The position numbers were made by a program, and so were the translations under genes. The notes under the pieces are model-generated. The model did no database searches. It saw only the letters and a program-made list of their open reading frames with translations, and was not told the origin of the DNA. A stretch of DNA of 63,792 nucleotides, counting the filler, from Basidioascus undulatus (lineage: Eukaryota), in assembly GCA_000826855.1 (NCBI GenBank). It is 7 parts of 7 records of this genome, joined end to end, with 100 filler letters (N's around TTAATTAATTAA, not from the genome) between each part and the next. Parts side by side here need not be neighbours in the genome. Positions count along the whole stretch, not along the records: positions 36,572 to 45,582 come from JTLS01001310.1; positions 45,683 to 54,689 come from JTLS01001311.1; 5 more parts are not named here. One strand, 5' to 3'. Of this stretch, positions 38,096-50,900 are shown in pieces. The first letter of the stretch is position 1; each line of letters starts with the position of its first letter.

Positions 38096-40356
38096 GCGCA
38101 CCAGCATCGCCTTCCCGCCACCGCTGCTACTTGCTGGCTTTGTCTCGCCGGACTCGACTCGATTGCGATCTGTACTCTTTCCCGTTTCACATTCATGTGG
38201 ACAGCGCTGGGACACCATTCCCCGCCCGACGTACTCTGGACTCTCTTCCGCACCTCGTACTTTATCGTATCGTTTGTATCTCGTCTCACAGATGGTGTTC
38301 AGAGGATTTTCTTTGTTGTGCATTCACGAGATGTGTGTAGTGTTCCTGAGCGAGGCATTGCGGACGCCAGCAATGCTCGAGCTGTATGTGTCCTTACAAG
38401 CATGTGCGGGTTTGCAAGGTAAAGATACTGCTTGATGGGGTACAGACGTGTAAAGAGAATTGTGATAAAAAGGCTAGGGGTCGCTTTTGCAGATATGTAA
38501 GGAGAAGGCGATGGTGTGAGAGCACATTTGAGGAGCAACTTGCAGGCGGTCGAGCGCGGGCGTGGCTGTGTCCCTCGCTGTTCGGGGGTGTGGCTTTTGG
38601 GCACAGTCCACCATCTAGCTATTAATATATGTCGATTGAATATTGCTTTTTACTGTGCGAGACGGAATTGTAGCAGATGAGAGTCCGAGCAACAAGCATC
38701 GGCTGGCGATGGTCGAGTTTCAGGACGAGTTGCAGGCAATCGCTTCGTCGCTGCGTCGCCGAGTTGCTAGCAGGGTTATTTCTCTGGGTCTGGGTGGAAT
38801 AGACTTCCGTAACCTGTCTCCCACAGCGAGACTATGCTCCCTCGTCAGGAGTGGAGACAAAGAGTGGCTCTTTGGAAGTCAGATCGTCTGTGGGTCGCGA
38901 GTTGAACGAAGATCGCAGCCGCTTTACCGCTATGTCTGGTTCATGAGGCACAATCAGATTAATTTTTTAAATTATTTTTGGTACATCACCATGCTTTGAT
39001 AGGTGAGGTATCTTTCGGGTGAGCACATGTGTTGAGACTGCCCAGAGAGGACACGGAGCGCAGTCGTTCACCGCTTGTCTTCCTGTTATAATCGCTTCCA
39101 AGCGCATGAGTCTGCATTCGGTGGTGATATGGTTGAGTCAAAAAAATGATATTCAGCAATCACAACTGGGCCCGATGACTGCTTGATGATCAAAGCGTCT
39201 GTCTGCGCCGTACGGGATGAGTCGCAGGGTGACAGCTCTAAGGGCTACATTGGCCTCGTCCCAATGCCAGTCCGCATGCAAACATTCCTCTCACCTCCCC
39301 TCGAATCGAGGAACTTGCATGAAGAGAAGTCACGCACCCCTCGCTTGCACAAGTCCGTTATCGCCTTGTCGTGTCCAGGCCTCGCGCGTTTGCCTCGATG
39401 CGCTCTGCACGGCGTTTTCGGTCTGAGTTCGAGCGTCGGTCGTTACATCGCACGCGTAGAACACGCAGGCAGATGGCACCAACCCCTGCACTAAGAGGGG
39501 TTAGCGACAATTGGAAGACATGCTTGGCACTCACTGATAGCTTCAGTTTATTGACCCGGTGGCTTTCACTGATAGCTTTCGTGCGCCACGTGCGCATCGC
39601 GCAATCAGGAGTGCGTCGGCCTCGTTTCCTCTCCGACGCACGTTTCTGGCACGCCATGGCAGACACTTTTATTGGCTTGCAGGCACAAAAGAGCTAATGC
39701 AAGGTCCGCGTGCATCAGAGATCGACACGGAGCGTGAAGGCTCGGCGCTCGGCAACGCTCGCTTGCTCTTTTTCTTGGCTGGGAGAACCGGGCCTTCCTC
39801 GACAGGGGGATGATGGCGTGAGTGCAGCAGTCAAGCTTCTAGCCGTACCTTTCCATCGACTCTAATCTCCTCGGAGCCGTAGATGGCTTCTATGGGGTCC
39901 TTATCGCCGTCGTTGAGAGAGAAGACACACGCGAGCAGAGTGATCACCCCTCCTCCTCTTCTCATTTACGCTCTCGTCTCGCGTGGTGTTCTTCCCTAGC
40001 CTCCATTTTGCAGTATATTTCTTCAACGGTCGGTCCTATCATGGCCTGATGGGGCCTCGTGTCGCGAGGATTGTCCCGCTGCAAGGGCCCAGCGGCAGCC
40101 AGCGGACTCCGGCTGCAGTTGCTCCTCAGGAAATATGCTGTCGTCGAGATCGTGTGAGTGCCGGCGATAAGTGGTGCCAATGCACGGGTCTTGTATCAAT
40201 CCCACGACGTCCACATGTGACGATGCCATGCAGGATGAAGCCGGCCACCGGGCAACTGTGCTCGTCGTAGACATAAAAGGCGGGGAGTCGCAGAGCGTCA
40301 ATCGCCATCCCTCAAATTTTCGCTCTCTGTTTCTCTCCCTTTCTTCTTGGGTCAAG

Positions 40357-42582
40357 ATGAAGTTCTGCTCCACCGCTCTCGCCGCTCTCGCCGCTCTCTT
40401 CGCCACTGCTGCGGCTGTGCCCTTGGAAGCTCGGCAAGGCAGCACGATCACTGCTCAAGTTCAGCCGGGACGCTACATTGTGACCCTCAAGGTGAGCTAC
40501 CCTGCTCCTTCCAAGTTGATAATTTCTGAGGTCTCGTCATAAAGGATGGCGTCGACATGGATGCCCACTTGGCCAAGATCAAGAAAGCTGGCCAGAAGGT
40601 CAAGTACGAGTACCGCGAGCTCCTCAACGGCTACGCAGTCGAAATTCAGAACCAGGCTAGTGCTTCCTCATTCGTCGTATATTTCGATAGAGTTTTCTGA
40701 CGTATAATGATCGAGCTTGATGCAGGGTTTCTCAACGCTCAATGTTGACCCCGACATCCTCGAGATCGAGCCGGACGGCGAGAAGCACACTCTCGCGACG
40801 CAGACGGGCGGTGCGTTGCCATCCACTGCGAACTTTACCAGGCGCTAGTGCTCATCTTCACGATCACTTTCCCACAGCTCCTTGGGGTCTTCAGCGCATC
40901 AGCCAGCTTGGCCGGGTCTCTGGAAGTGACACCTCTTTGAGCTTTACGTACAACTACGGATCCACGGGCTCTGGCGTCGGTGAGTGATTCGCTGCGAGAG
41001 CTGACAGCGCGCACAGCAAGTGACACTGTCACACAATGCAGATGTCTACGTCGTCGACACCGGTGTGAGGGTGAGTGATCGACCTTTTTTCGAACTTCTG
41101 ACCGTTCATTCTGAGCTTCTCTAAACGGCAGATCTCCCACTCCGAATTCGGCGGGCGCGCTCGGTACGGCTTCACCGCCTACGGTGTACGTCCACTCCAT
41201 CGAGCTGATTTCACTTGACAAATACTGATCAGGGCTCCTACAGTCCAATGCCAACGACGGCAACGGCCACGTAAGCATCATAGATTGCATTGCTCACCGA
41301 TGCTGTCGAGTCCTGACATCTCCCACCCTCAGGGCACTCACTGTGCTGGCACGATTGCGGGCTCGAACTACGGTGTCGCGAAGGGTGCCAACGTCATCGC
41401 TGTCAAAGTGTGTTTCTCTGAGAACCTTAGTTACCCTGACCAGGCCATTGAACTTCTGCCAGGTCCTCTCCGACTCGGGCTCTGGCAGCGACTCGGACGT
41501 GATTGGTACACCCACATGATTCATCGCCTGTCGAAGCCCCTACTTATAATGGGACTTTTCCTCTAGCCGGTGTCAACTATGTCGCCCAGCAGGCTCGTTC
41601 TTCTGGTCGTGCGAGCATTGCTTCGCTCTCGCTGGGTGCGTCTGCCCGTTGAGCTGCGTTTTGCCAGGGTACTGAATACCGGTCTTTTTGAAGGTGGAGA
41701 CCCTTCGAATGCTTTGGACCGTGCTGTCCAGTCGGTGAGTTTTTCGAAGAATGAACCGAATGACAATGAGCCACGTGCTGATTTCCACGCGACAGGCCAT
41801 CGACGCTGGTGTGCACTTTGTCGTCGTATGTGGCTCTTTCTTTGGAGCATGCAAGGCCCTTTCCAGGCTTATTAATTCATCACAAACTCATTTACAGGCT
41901 GCTGGAAACGACAATGTGGACGCTAGCTCCAGCTCCCCGTATGTCGGCCTACGCCCACTGAAATCAAGACACGTTGACTGACTTGGTTTTCTTTCAGGGC
42001 CCGCGTCTCCGCTGTACGTAACATAGAATTTAGTTTCAAGTGGGAAGCTCACTTTCTTCTATTGGGTCCAACAAGGCCATCACCGTTGCCGCATCCGACA
42101 TCAACGACCGCCGCGCCTCCTTCAGCAACTACGGCTCGATTGTTGACATCGTAAGTCGTGCCAGAATGTAATGTATACGCTTTATATTTCTGACTGTATC
42201 TGTCCCCCAGTTCGCTCCGGGTGTGAACATCATTAGGTAGGTCACTGTCACTGCTCTGCTTGCTCAGTGGCTTGACTGACTTCATGCCGCATTTGATCCA
42301 GCTCCTACATCAACTCCGACACCTCCGCAGCGGTTCTGAGCGGCACCAGCATGGCGACTCCTCACGTCGCCGGCCTGGTGGCTACTCTCATCGGCGCTCG
42401 CGGGTGAGTCCCATTCATTCAGCTTGCAAGTCCCCGCCTCGCTGTAGGCTAACTTGATCTTGCACAACAGGAACTCCTCCCCGGCCAGCATCGCCAGCCT
42501 TCTCAAGTCGCTCTCCAACAAGAACCGCATCTCTGACACCGCCGGCTCGCCGAACGAGCTCGGTTACAACGGCAGCTTCTGA
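40357..42582 (+). CDS. Secreted subtilisin-like (S8, proteinase K type) serine protease with I9 prodomain, about 18 exons
   Basis: Signal peptide, RYIVTLK prodomain and APWGLQRIS. Catalytic triad motifs VYVVDTG, DGNGH/GTHCAG and SGTSMATPHVAG; oxyanion motif AAGN. Confidence 0.96.
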
Positions 42583-44302
42583 ACGCGCAGGCTCGTGCTG
42601 GCTGCAAACGCGCAGCGGCACTAAAACCAACAAGACCAAGGCGAGAATTTTGGGTCCGTGGATGCGGAAATGGAATTTGGAACGTTCAACACTTGTACTT
42701 TGGGATCACAATTGGAATGCTGTTGAACATTTCGTTTGACCTTGTCTGTTCGCGTGTCCTGCGCTGCAAATCAGTCAGAAATCAGTCAGTGGACAGCAGC
42801 TTGCCCTGGCATTCGCGATGGAGAACTCCTAACTTACGGAAGACATCAAAGTTCACCAATTTTGTACTGAGCCCAACGTCTCAAGTGTTGTCCAGTCGCC
42901 CACGAACGCAGAGCCAGCAGCTGCACTCAGCTGCACGCAAAGTTTCCTGTGGCTCATGAGGTCCGCAAGTCAGGGGAGGTAAGGGTGCGTCGAACGGAGT
43001 TTTCACCTTCTCTGGCCTAGAAGTGAGACGCAGACGCGGCCCCAGCACTCCTCTCCGTCACGCCATGGGAAAACTAGAAAGATTAAATAATTCCTCCCCT
43101 GATGCACATCCGATCGTTTGACGGGTACAGTTCAGTGAAGCGAGTCCCGACAACGAGTAGGACAAGTGTACCTTCGGGCCGATGCCGTCCACAGGCGTCG
43201 CTCGGTGGCGAGGCGCGAACGCGAACTGTGCCGCGACACCGTTGTTGTTGACTACCACCGTCCCCATCCTCCGTTTGCCCTCCTCCATTCTATGCTCCAC
43301 CCGTAGCATCGTCACAGCCCACCATACCTTCCAAGCTCACCTGCCTGCTCACCATCGACTCCAGCACCCAGCTCCCCAACCTCGGCGAGCTTGTCGCGGT
43401 CGCCTTTCCTCAACCCCCCGAAATCGGCGGCTCGCAGGCGTCTCGCTCGGAACCCGGGGAAGCGGACCCAGTCCTTCGCTACGCTATCGTACGAGTGGCC
43501 GGCGCGAGATTGTGACGATCATAGACGGTACTGAGTCCGTCACGGTCTTTCGACGTCTGGCCCGCGCCGAGCTTCGTCCCTCCAAACATTCATCCAACTT
43601 CCAAACTCCGAACCGAACCGACCGCCGCGACCCCAGTCGACTTCGGCCCGCCCCTCACTGCCGCATGTCAGACCCACAACCCGCGGTGGGTCCTCCCGGT
43701 GCACAGCGAGGTGGTCCTTTCGGGCGGGGATGTTGTGCGTTCCTCCATGCAATTCTGTGTTTTAACGGGAGTTCCCGAGGAAGGCACTGGAACATACACC
43801 TTTCCGCCGCTACGACCCGCCGCTGCGCCTCGAGCCGGAGCAGACCACCCGCCTGATGGCATACACAGACCTCGTCGTTCACTCACGGCCACGGGCAAGC
43901 AAATAGCAGAGTATTTTGTCCCTTTACGAGGTTGGACCGTCTCGCTTGAGACAACAATGAAGAGAACGACTCTTGCCTGTGCAAGGGTGCCCCCACTGAA
44001 GTGTAGAGCCCGGCGTGTCTTCCCGCTCGGCTCTTAGCTTGAGGGAAAGATTGGCTGATGTCCAGCTGAGAAGAGATGCAGGATCTGGTTACAGGGCTGC
44101 AGTGTGAGTCTTGAAAAAAAGGCAGCCAGAAGAAACAAAGCGACGACTGACAGCATGGACGTCTTTCCCGCGCGCCGTTGCAGATGACACTGACATCCCG
44201 CCTGGACGTCATCGACGCGACGCAGCTGTTCCCCTTGACCTCGTTGACCTTCTTTCGTATCCACGCTCACGCATCTTACAATTCACTGGAGGACACTTAG
44301 GG

Positions 44303-45582
44303 ATGACGTTTGAGCTGCACTCGCTGCTGACGGGGCTCAAGGACAAAGTCGACTCGCTGCTCGTACACGGTGCGCTGTCCCCCATCTCCAATCTCTACCT
44401 GCACCCTCCCCGCTCACGCACCCCCTTCCTTTCCCGCAGATGACACGCTCTACCTCGCGCACTCCTCTGGACAACTTTCAACATACACGCTCCACACGCT
44501 CCCCTCGTCCTCCGACTCCCCGCCTACGCTCTCCTCCCGCCTCTCCACCCGCGTCCTCTCAAAACGGCCCATCGAGCAGCTCATCCACTTGCCTCCGCTC
44601 AACGCCCTCGCAGCCCTCTCAGATAGTAGCGTGACGCTCTACACCCTTCCGGAGTTTGAGGCGGTGCCTCTCCCGCAGAGCAAGGGCGCCACCGTGTGTG
44701 CGACGCTGAGCGAGCTCGTCGGGCCTGTCAGCGTGGAGGAGGCCATGGCCGGCAAGGCGGGCTCCCGGCTGAGCGGCGTCTTTGGGCATTCGGTTTCCGC
44801 GGAAAAGGGCGACAAGGCGGGGGAGGGGAAGGAAGGGGAGGTCATTACGCGCCTAGTGGTAGGCGCGAAGAGACGCGTGGTCGTGTACACTTGGGTCGGT
44901 GATGCCGAGAGGGGTTCGAAGCCGCAGGGCAAGGTGCGCTGCTCTTTCCATCCATCTTCTTTTCACTCTCCCACTTTGAGCTGAATATGGTCTGCACCCA
45001 AAACCCTATCAGGAGCTCCCCCTCCCGCACACCCCGCGCTCCATCGCGCTCCCCAATCCCTCCACCGCCTTCCTCGCCTTCAGCCCGACAGAATACGCCA
45101 TCCTCTCCCTCCCCTCCCCCTCCTCGCCCTCTTCCACCGCCTCTCCTTCCCCGCGCCACCCCACAACGACCTTCACCCTCACCGAGTTTACGCTCCCCAA
45201 CATCCCCACCGCCGCGTCTGCGTCCGCGGGCGGGGGGTACGGGCTCGCGGGGCTGGGAGGTCTGGGAGGGTATGTCGGGCTAGGAGGAGGGAGGGCGAAG
45301 GGGCCTTGGGTTGTCAGGGTCGGCGAGGGGGAGGTTCTGGTTGGGAAGGACAGTGAGTCGCGTGCGCGGGAGGTTGTGGGGGCAGGACCTGACTGGAGAT
45401 GGCTCGCAGCACTCGGTATCTTTCTCGGCGAGGATGGGAAGCCCACACGTCGGAGCGGGATCGAGTGGCCCGTCGCTCCAGACGAAACGAGTATGTCCTC
45501 CCCCTGTCCTTCTCCCTTCCATCCCTACTCACCTCTCCCCCAAGCCTTTGCCCGCCCCTACGTCTTCTCCCTCCTCCCCCCG
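44303..45582 (+). CDS. VPS39: Vam6/Vps39 (CNH domain) HOPS subunit, 3' truncated
   Basis: SKRPIEQLIHLPPLNALAALSD, TRLVVGAKRRVVVYTW, ELPLPHTPRSI, GLGGLGGYVGLG, GIFLGEDGKPTR...IEWPVAPDE, PYVFSLLP. Confidence 0.85.
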
Positions 45583-45682
45583 NNNNNNNNNNNNNNNNNN
45601 NNNNNNNNNNNNNNNNNNNNNNNNNNTTAATTAATTAANNNNNNNNNNNNNNNNNNNNNNNNNNNNNNNNNNNNNNNNNNNN
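45583..45682. other. Artificial contig linker
   Basis: N44-TTAATTAATTAA-N44. Confidence 0.97.
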
Positions 45683-45929
45683 GGGGGGGGGGGGGGGGGG
45701 GGGGTTGCGAATGCGTTAATATACATTGGACGTCAGCGGGCTGAGCGGTGCGGGAGATGCCGCATAAAACTAAGAGCAGCTGCCTGGTGCTACAGATTAT
45801 TACGGTGCGTGATGCAAAGAGAGCGAGAGTGGGCAGAGTACACAGTCTGGTCGATGCGAGCTAGCGAGATGCTATGCAGAAGAGAATAAGTGGAGTAGTG
45901 GTTGAGTGAGAAGACGAGAAATTCAGGGA

Positions 45930-47311
45930 TCAGAAATCGGCATCGAGCGTGAAGCCGTCGTTTGCCCTCGCGCTCAATGTAGGCGTATGCACAGCGCTCA
46001 CATTCCCTTGACCAATTCGCGGCGTTGACGCGCGACTCGTCCCGGCTATTCCGTTCCCGCAAATGTGTCGGGTCAGCTCGTTCTCCGCCGTGATCGTGCA
46101 TTTAGCTGAAGGAGACGTACGCGTCGGAATTTCAGGCTCGGGTAACGTCCCGTCGGAGAGCGGATTCGGCGCGTTGCCGTAGAGCGGCGGGAGATTGAGG
46201 GAACGCAGGAGGGAGTCGGCTTGGTGCTGAGCGAGGAGGGTGAGGGTGGGGACGTCCTATGCAAGGGGAAGGCGACGCGATACAGAGGACAAGCCGGGGA
46301 CGAGAAAAAGGGGTAGACCAAGGTTGAGCGAAGATGCGTTAGCCGAGATAGAGAGAGGAAGGGGCCGACGGACAAAGCCGGTAGGAAACACGCACGTAGG
46401 GGGACAGATCCCGCGCAGGCAAGGATACTACCTCAATTTGAACAGCCTGTCCGATGAGAGCCATAATCGTTTCGGGGGAAGGTTGTGTGATGAGATGTTG
46501 TATCAGAACGATGCAGAATTCTTTGTGTTGAATGTTCCGCGAGGTCAGCATCCAGCCTGCGCCGAAGAGAAACGTCGGAAACACACCGGACACTCTCCAC
46601 ACAGCTTTCCACCCCTGCGCACCGACATCGCCTCCCATGCATGCCCACCACCCAGCCTCGAAGGTGCGCCGGCCGACAGCGTAAGCGAGGAGGCGCTCGC
46701 CGAACGTCCCACGCTGCGAATGCAGGAAGTCGGCTTTGTCCGCAGGGGGAGTCGGCAGATCGGGTGGAGAGAGAACAGCGAGGGATTCGAGGGTAATATT
46801 TTCTCTGGAAGTCATTTTGTGCGAGTGTAAGAGTGAAAGCTTAGGGCAAGGAAGGATGAGGTGGGCGACGTACTGCATCCCGGCGAAGCCCCAAAAGCAC
46901 CGCGCTTCGGCGGCCTTGATTTCCTCACCCCAGCGCTCGCACCACCTTCCCCCTGAACGACGCTCTCGCCCCGCGTTCCCGTTATCCCAGCTGAGCAGAG
47001 AGGACGCGGCGCTTGCCTGCCCTGAAGAGAGCGGCGAAGAAGGGGACGAGAGGGATTCGGCGGGCGTGAAAGTGTGCAGGAGCGACTTATAATGCGCCCA
47101 TATCTGTGTAAGATAAAACACAGAACGTCAGCGGAGATTGTTATTACCTGGAGGACAGACGTACCAAAGGATATCGGATCGGAAATAGCACGAAGCGATT
47201 CGGCGTCTCGACGAGAAGAGGTTCGACCGGTCCCCGGTCCTCCATGCCCTTGCCCTCATTCGCCGATATTGAAAGAGACGCCAGATGATCTGGCAGTTGC
47301 ACCAGAGACAT
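45930..47311 (-). CDS. Degenerate ribonucleotide reductase small-subunit (R2/beta) homologue, predicted radical-less, 345 aa
   Basis: Exons 47311-47165, 47103-46874, 46804-46396, 46256-46121, 46045-45930 total 1038 nt with an open frame. Motifs EPLLVETPNRFVLFPIRY, EEIKAAEARCFWGF, GTFGERLLAYA, AVQIE, ADSLL and C-terminal FTLDADF. Confidence 0.85.
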
Positions 47312-47961
47312 GAGGATGGGGATCTGGGTAAGATCAGGCGATATGAAAGGACAAGGGGAGAGGGGATCAAAGGAGTGAAATGACGAAACGAGCGTGGAAA
47401 TCTTTGGCGATCCGCGATTATTCGTTTCACGTGATATTTGGATTACTCAAAGCGACAAATAGTTGTCACCACGTAAAACACCATCCAAGTACCGACAAAA
47501 GCAGAGCAAATTTTGATCGAGCGCTTTTTGATTGCAAAGCCGCATGTGATGCACTTGTACAGCAGAGGAAGCCGCTGTCATGACCAATCGGCACACGGCT
47601 TCTGGCTGTGTTCGGAACGTCGCAGATCCACAACTGCAGGTAGAAGCCAGTGCGTATGAATTGGGCCAAGTAGAAGTATTATATAAGGGAAGAAACGCGC
47701 GATCTGGCGCCTTCAAAGCCTCGAGTCCGCATGCTGTCGTTTCCTACCTACCGTGTTGCGCTCTTCACCGCAGCCGCCGAAGGAGCACCAGCGAAGAAAC
47801 ACCGAGGTCGCGAAGCAAGAAAAATAGTGTTCTACGATACACAATGACCATACAGTACAATAAAGCACACGCGAGAAGTCCAGAGCGGCGGAGTGCAGCC
47901 CGATACGCCATGCAACGATCTGGCCAGCCGCCGCCGCCCTCGGAATCGGAAACGGTTTAGA

Positions 47962-50900
47962 TCAAGCCTCTGCCGCCTCCTTCTCCTTCTCCTTCCGGCG
48001 AATAGTCGAGTCTGCACGTCCCAATGAGCATTCGTCAGATAGTTTGACCAGATGGTAAGGGCGTCGTCACACTTACTGTCCTCCTTGCGGCGGTGCGCCA
48101 GGTATGCCGGGTCGGAAAGGCAGTCGTGGCAGGTCTGTGCCGAAGGAAAAAGGAGCCCTTAGAAAAGGTGCGGGGACAACAGCTAGTGCGAACGTACCAA
48201 GAACCACGAGCCGGTCGTGCGGGTGAAGCCGAGCGCGCGGTAGAGGGGCAGGGTAGGACCGATGCTCTCGATGTCGCCGGGGGGCAGACAGTCCTGCATA
48301 AAGGTATACGTCAGAATGCCGCCCATGCGACGAGCAGGGGCGCCTGCTCACCTCGCACCAGCAGTTGCTGCATGTGCCACACTTGAACAGCATGTTGCCG
48401 GCGTCCGCGGCAGAGCGATCGCACGTGCCGCAGCTGCAATAAAGCGACGCTCAGTCACGAGCTGGAGAGGATACGTGGCCTGCAAAGACGCACCGGTGCT
48501 GAGGGCAGAAGAAGAACATGGAACGCGCCGCGTCCTTCGGCTTCACGCCGATGCACTCTGCGTGGCAAACTCTCGGGCAACCAGTGCACTCGTACAGCAA
48601 CTGCGATAAGGCGCGCGGAATCAGCTGTCGAGCTCGGGGAAATGCGAACGTTACACATGGTAAGAGCGTTTCTTACACCCCCGTCATGGCAAACCGAGCA
48701 GTACGACTCGTGCTCTGTACGAAACAAATGTCAGTACGGGGGCCGGAAACTGGCAACAAATTATACTTGCCGTAGACCATCTTCTCGCGCTTGCTGTTGG
48801 TGCTCGGGAAAGTCAGCATTTTCCAGAAAACCCATTGATTATACACCACGTACGTGTTTCCGAGCGATGCAGCGACCTTGGGGTCGGACGTGATGCTCTT
48901 GACGCTACAGTGCACGGTTTCGTTAGCTATGGTGACTGGCAAGCACGGTACAGACGAGAAGGTAACATACGCCTCCCACGGCTTGTTCCCCATGCTCTCG
49001 GCGAGCACGGGGTGCCCGTCGACGTAGACGATGCGCTCCGTGCGCGTGCGCTTCTCCGTCTCGTTCTGCTGCTGCTGCTGCTTCTCCCACTCTGACAAGC
49101 CCCAACAATTCAACATGAGCGCGGACCGAGAGCAAGGCCAAGGGAAACAAGTGCGCGCGACCCACCCTTGCGGATATCGATGTTGGTGATCGGACCGCCC
49201 TTAGGAATCATGCGCCCCTGGAAAAGACGGGTGGAGACCTGCCAGTGTGGAGGTGATGTCACGCAGTCAGGCACAGGGGCGCGTCCAGATCTAGCAAACG
49301 ACGCACCTGCTCAACACCCTGCAGCAACTTGCGCTCCTCCTCCTCAGCCGCCTTGAACGCGTCCTCCGGCGTCTCCGCATTCGGGTCAATGCTTTGCTTG
49401 AGCAGGAGGTCTTTGCCGCCCTCAAGCTGAATACGCGGGGTGAAGCCTGATCAGCCAGAGCGGAGGGTCGGACTGCTGAGTCACAACGTACCCTCTGCGA
49501 ACGAGTAATGATGTCGGCCGCGGACGCGTTCATGAACTCTTCATAGCCCGTCTCGCCCTAAGCGTGCGCGTCCACAGCTGTCAGTCAAGTACGGCGCTTG
49601 CAGGACACCGAGTTGGACTGACCTTCTCGAGATCGCCCCACTTGCTAAGCGCGCCCGCACCAGCGCGGAGGATGTGGCGCAGGTCCTTGACCGACATCGT
49701 CGGGCCCTCCTCGTTCGGGTCCTGGTGAGTCGCAGAGTCGGTCATGACCTTGAGGCTGAGATCTGCATGGCCATCGGAGCAGGTATGAGAAAGCGGTCGT
49801 AGCGCCAGCAGCACGTTGGTTCCGCCGAGACGAACAGAGCTTCTTCTTCAGCCGCGAGAGCATCTGGTCCTCAACGCTATCCTGAATGACCATCTTGTAG
49901 ACCTGCGGATTGGAAGCTCGTCAGCGACAGAGCTGGGAAGAGAATGTGCTCGTAAAGCCGTACCTGAACGATCTTGGTCTGCCCAATCCGGTGCGCACGA
50001 GCAACCGCTTGCAGGTCGACTTGGGGGTTCCAGCTGTCGAGGAGTACCACAAGTCAACGTCTCTTCTCCCTTCATAGAAGCTCGACGGACTCACTGCTGG
50101 TCGAGCATGATGACGTGGTCCGCCGCGGTAAGATTCTGCAGGATAGACGATGGCACATCAGTGCCTCGTGAAATGGAAGCCGACCTTCAACGGAAACGTA
50201 CGATACCAAGGCCGCCGGCAGACGTGCTAAGCAAGAAGACCTCGTAGACTGATCACCTCGTGCCATGTCAGTTACTACAAGCCGACGCATGGACGAGCTT
50301 GACATACAATCGTCGTTCTGCTGGAACAAGCGAATCTGGATCGTGCGCATCGGGCGGGCGGTGCTGCCGTCGAGACGCGCATACTTGATGTCGCGGAGGT
50401 TGAGGAAGTCCTCGACGACGTCCAGCATCCTGCAGCAGACGAAAGTCAGTACTACTGGATGGTTCGGGTGAAAGACGACGGGCACGAACTTCGTCCACTG
50501 CGAGAAGATCAGGACCTTGTGCTTCTTGGGCAGGAGGTCCTGCAGGATCTTGTCGAGCAGGACGAGCTTGGAGGACGCCGTCACGATATGCTCGCCTTGA
50601 GTGATCTGAGCACCGGAGAAACCGACGCATCAGCATACATAGGCAACCGAAAGCGGAGAACGAGGGAAAATAAGGCATACCGGCTCCGGCTCGGCGTGCG
50701 CAAGGAGGTACGGGTGATCGCAGACCTGTTGAAACGAAGTCAGGGGTGGTAACAATCGCCGATAAGCCCATATCAATCGTACCCTCCGAAGCTGCAAAAG
50801 CAGGTTCATCTGTGGTCGCCCGCACGTGACCCGTCAGCTTTCCACTACTTCGCTCTGACGATCCATACCATTAACGTACGAGCTTCTGCCACTTCCCGGC

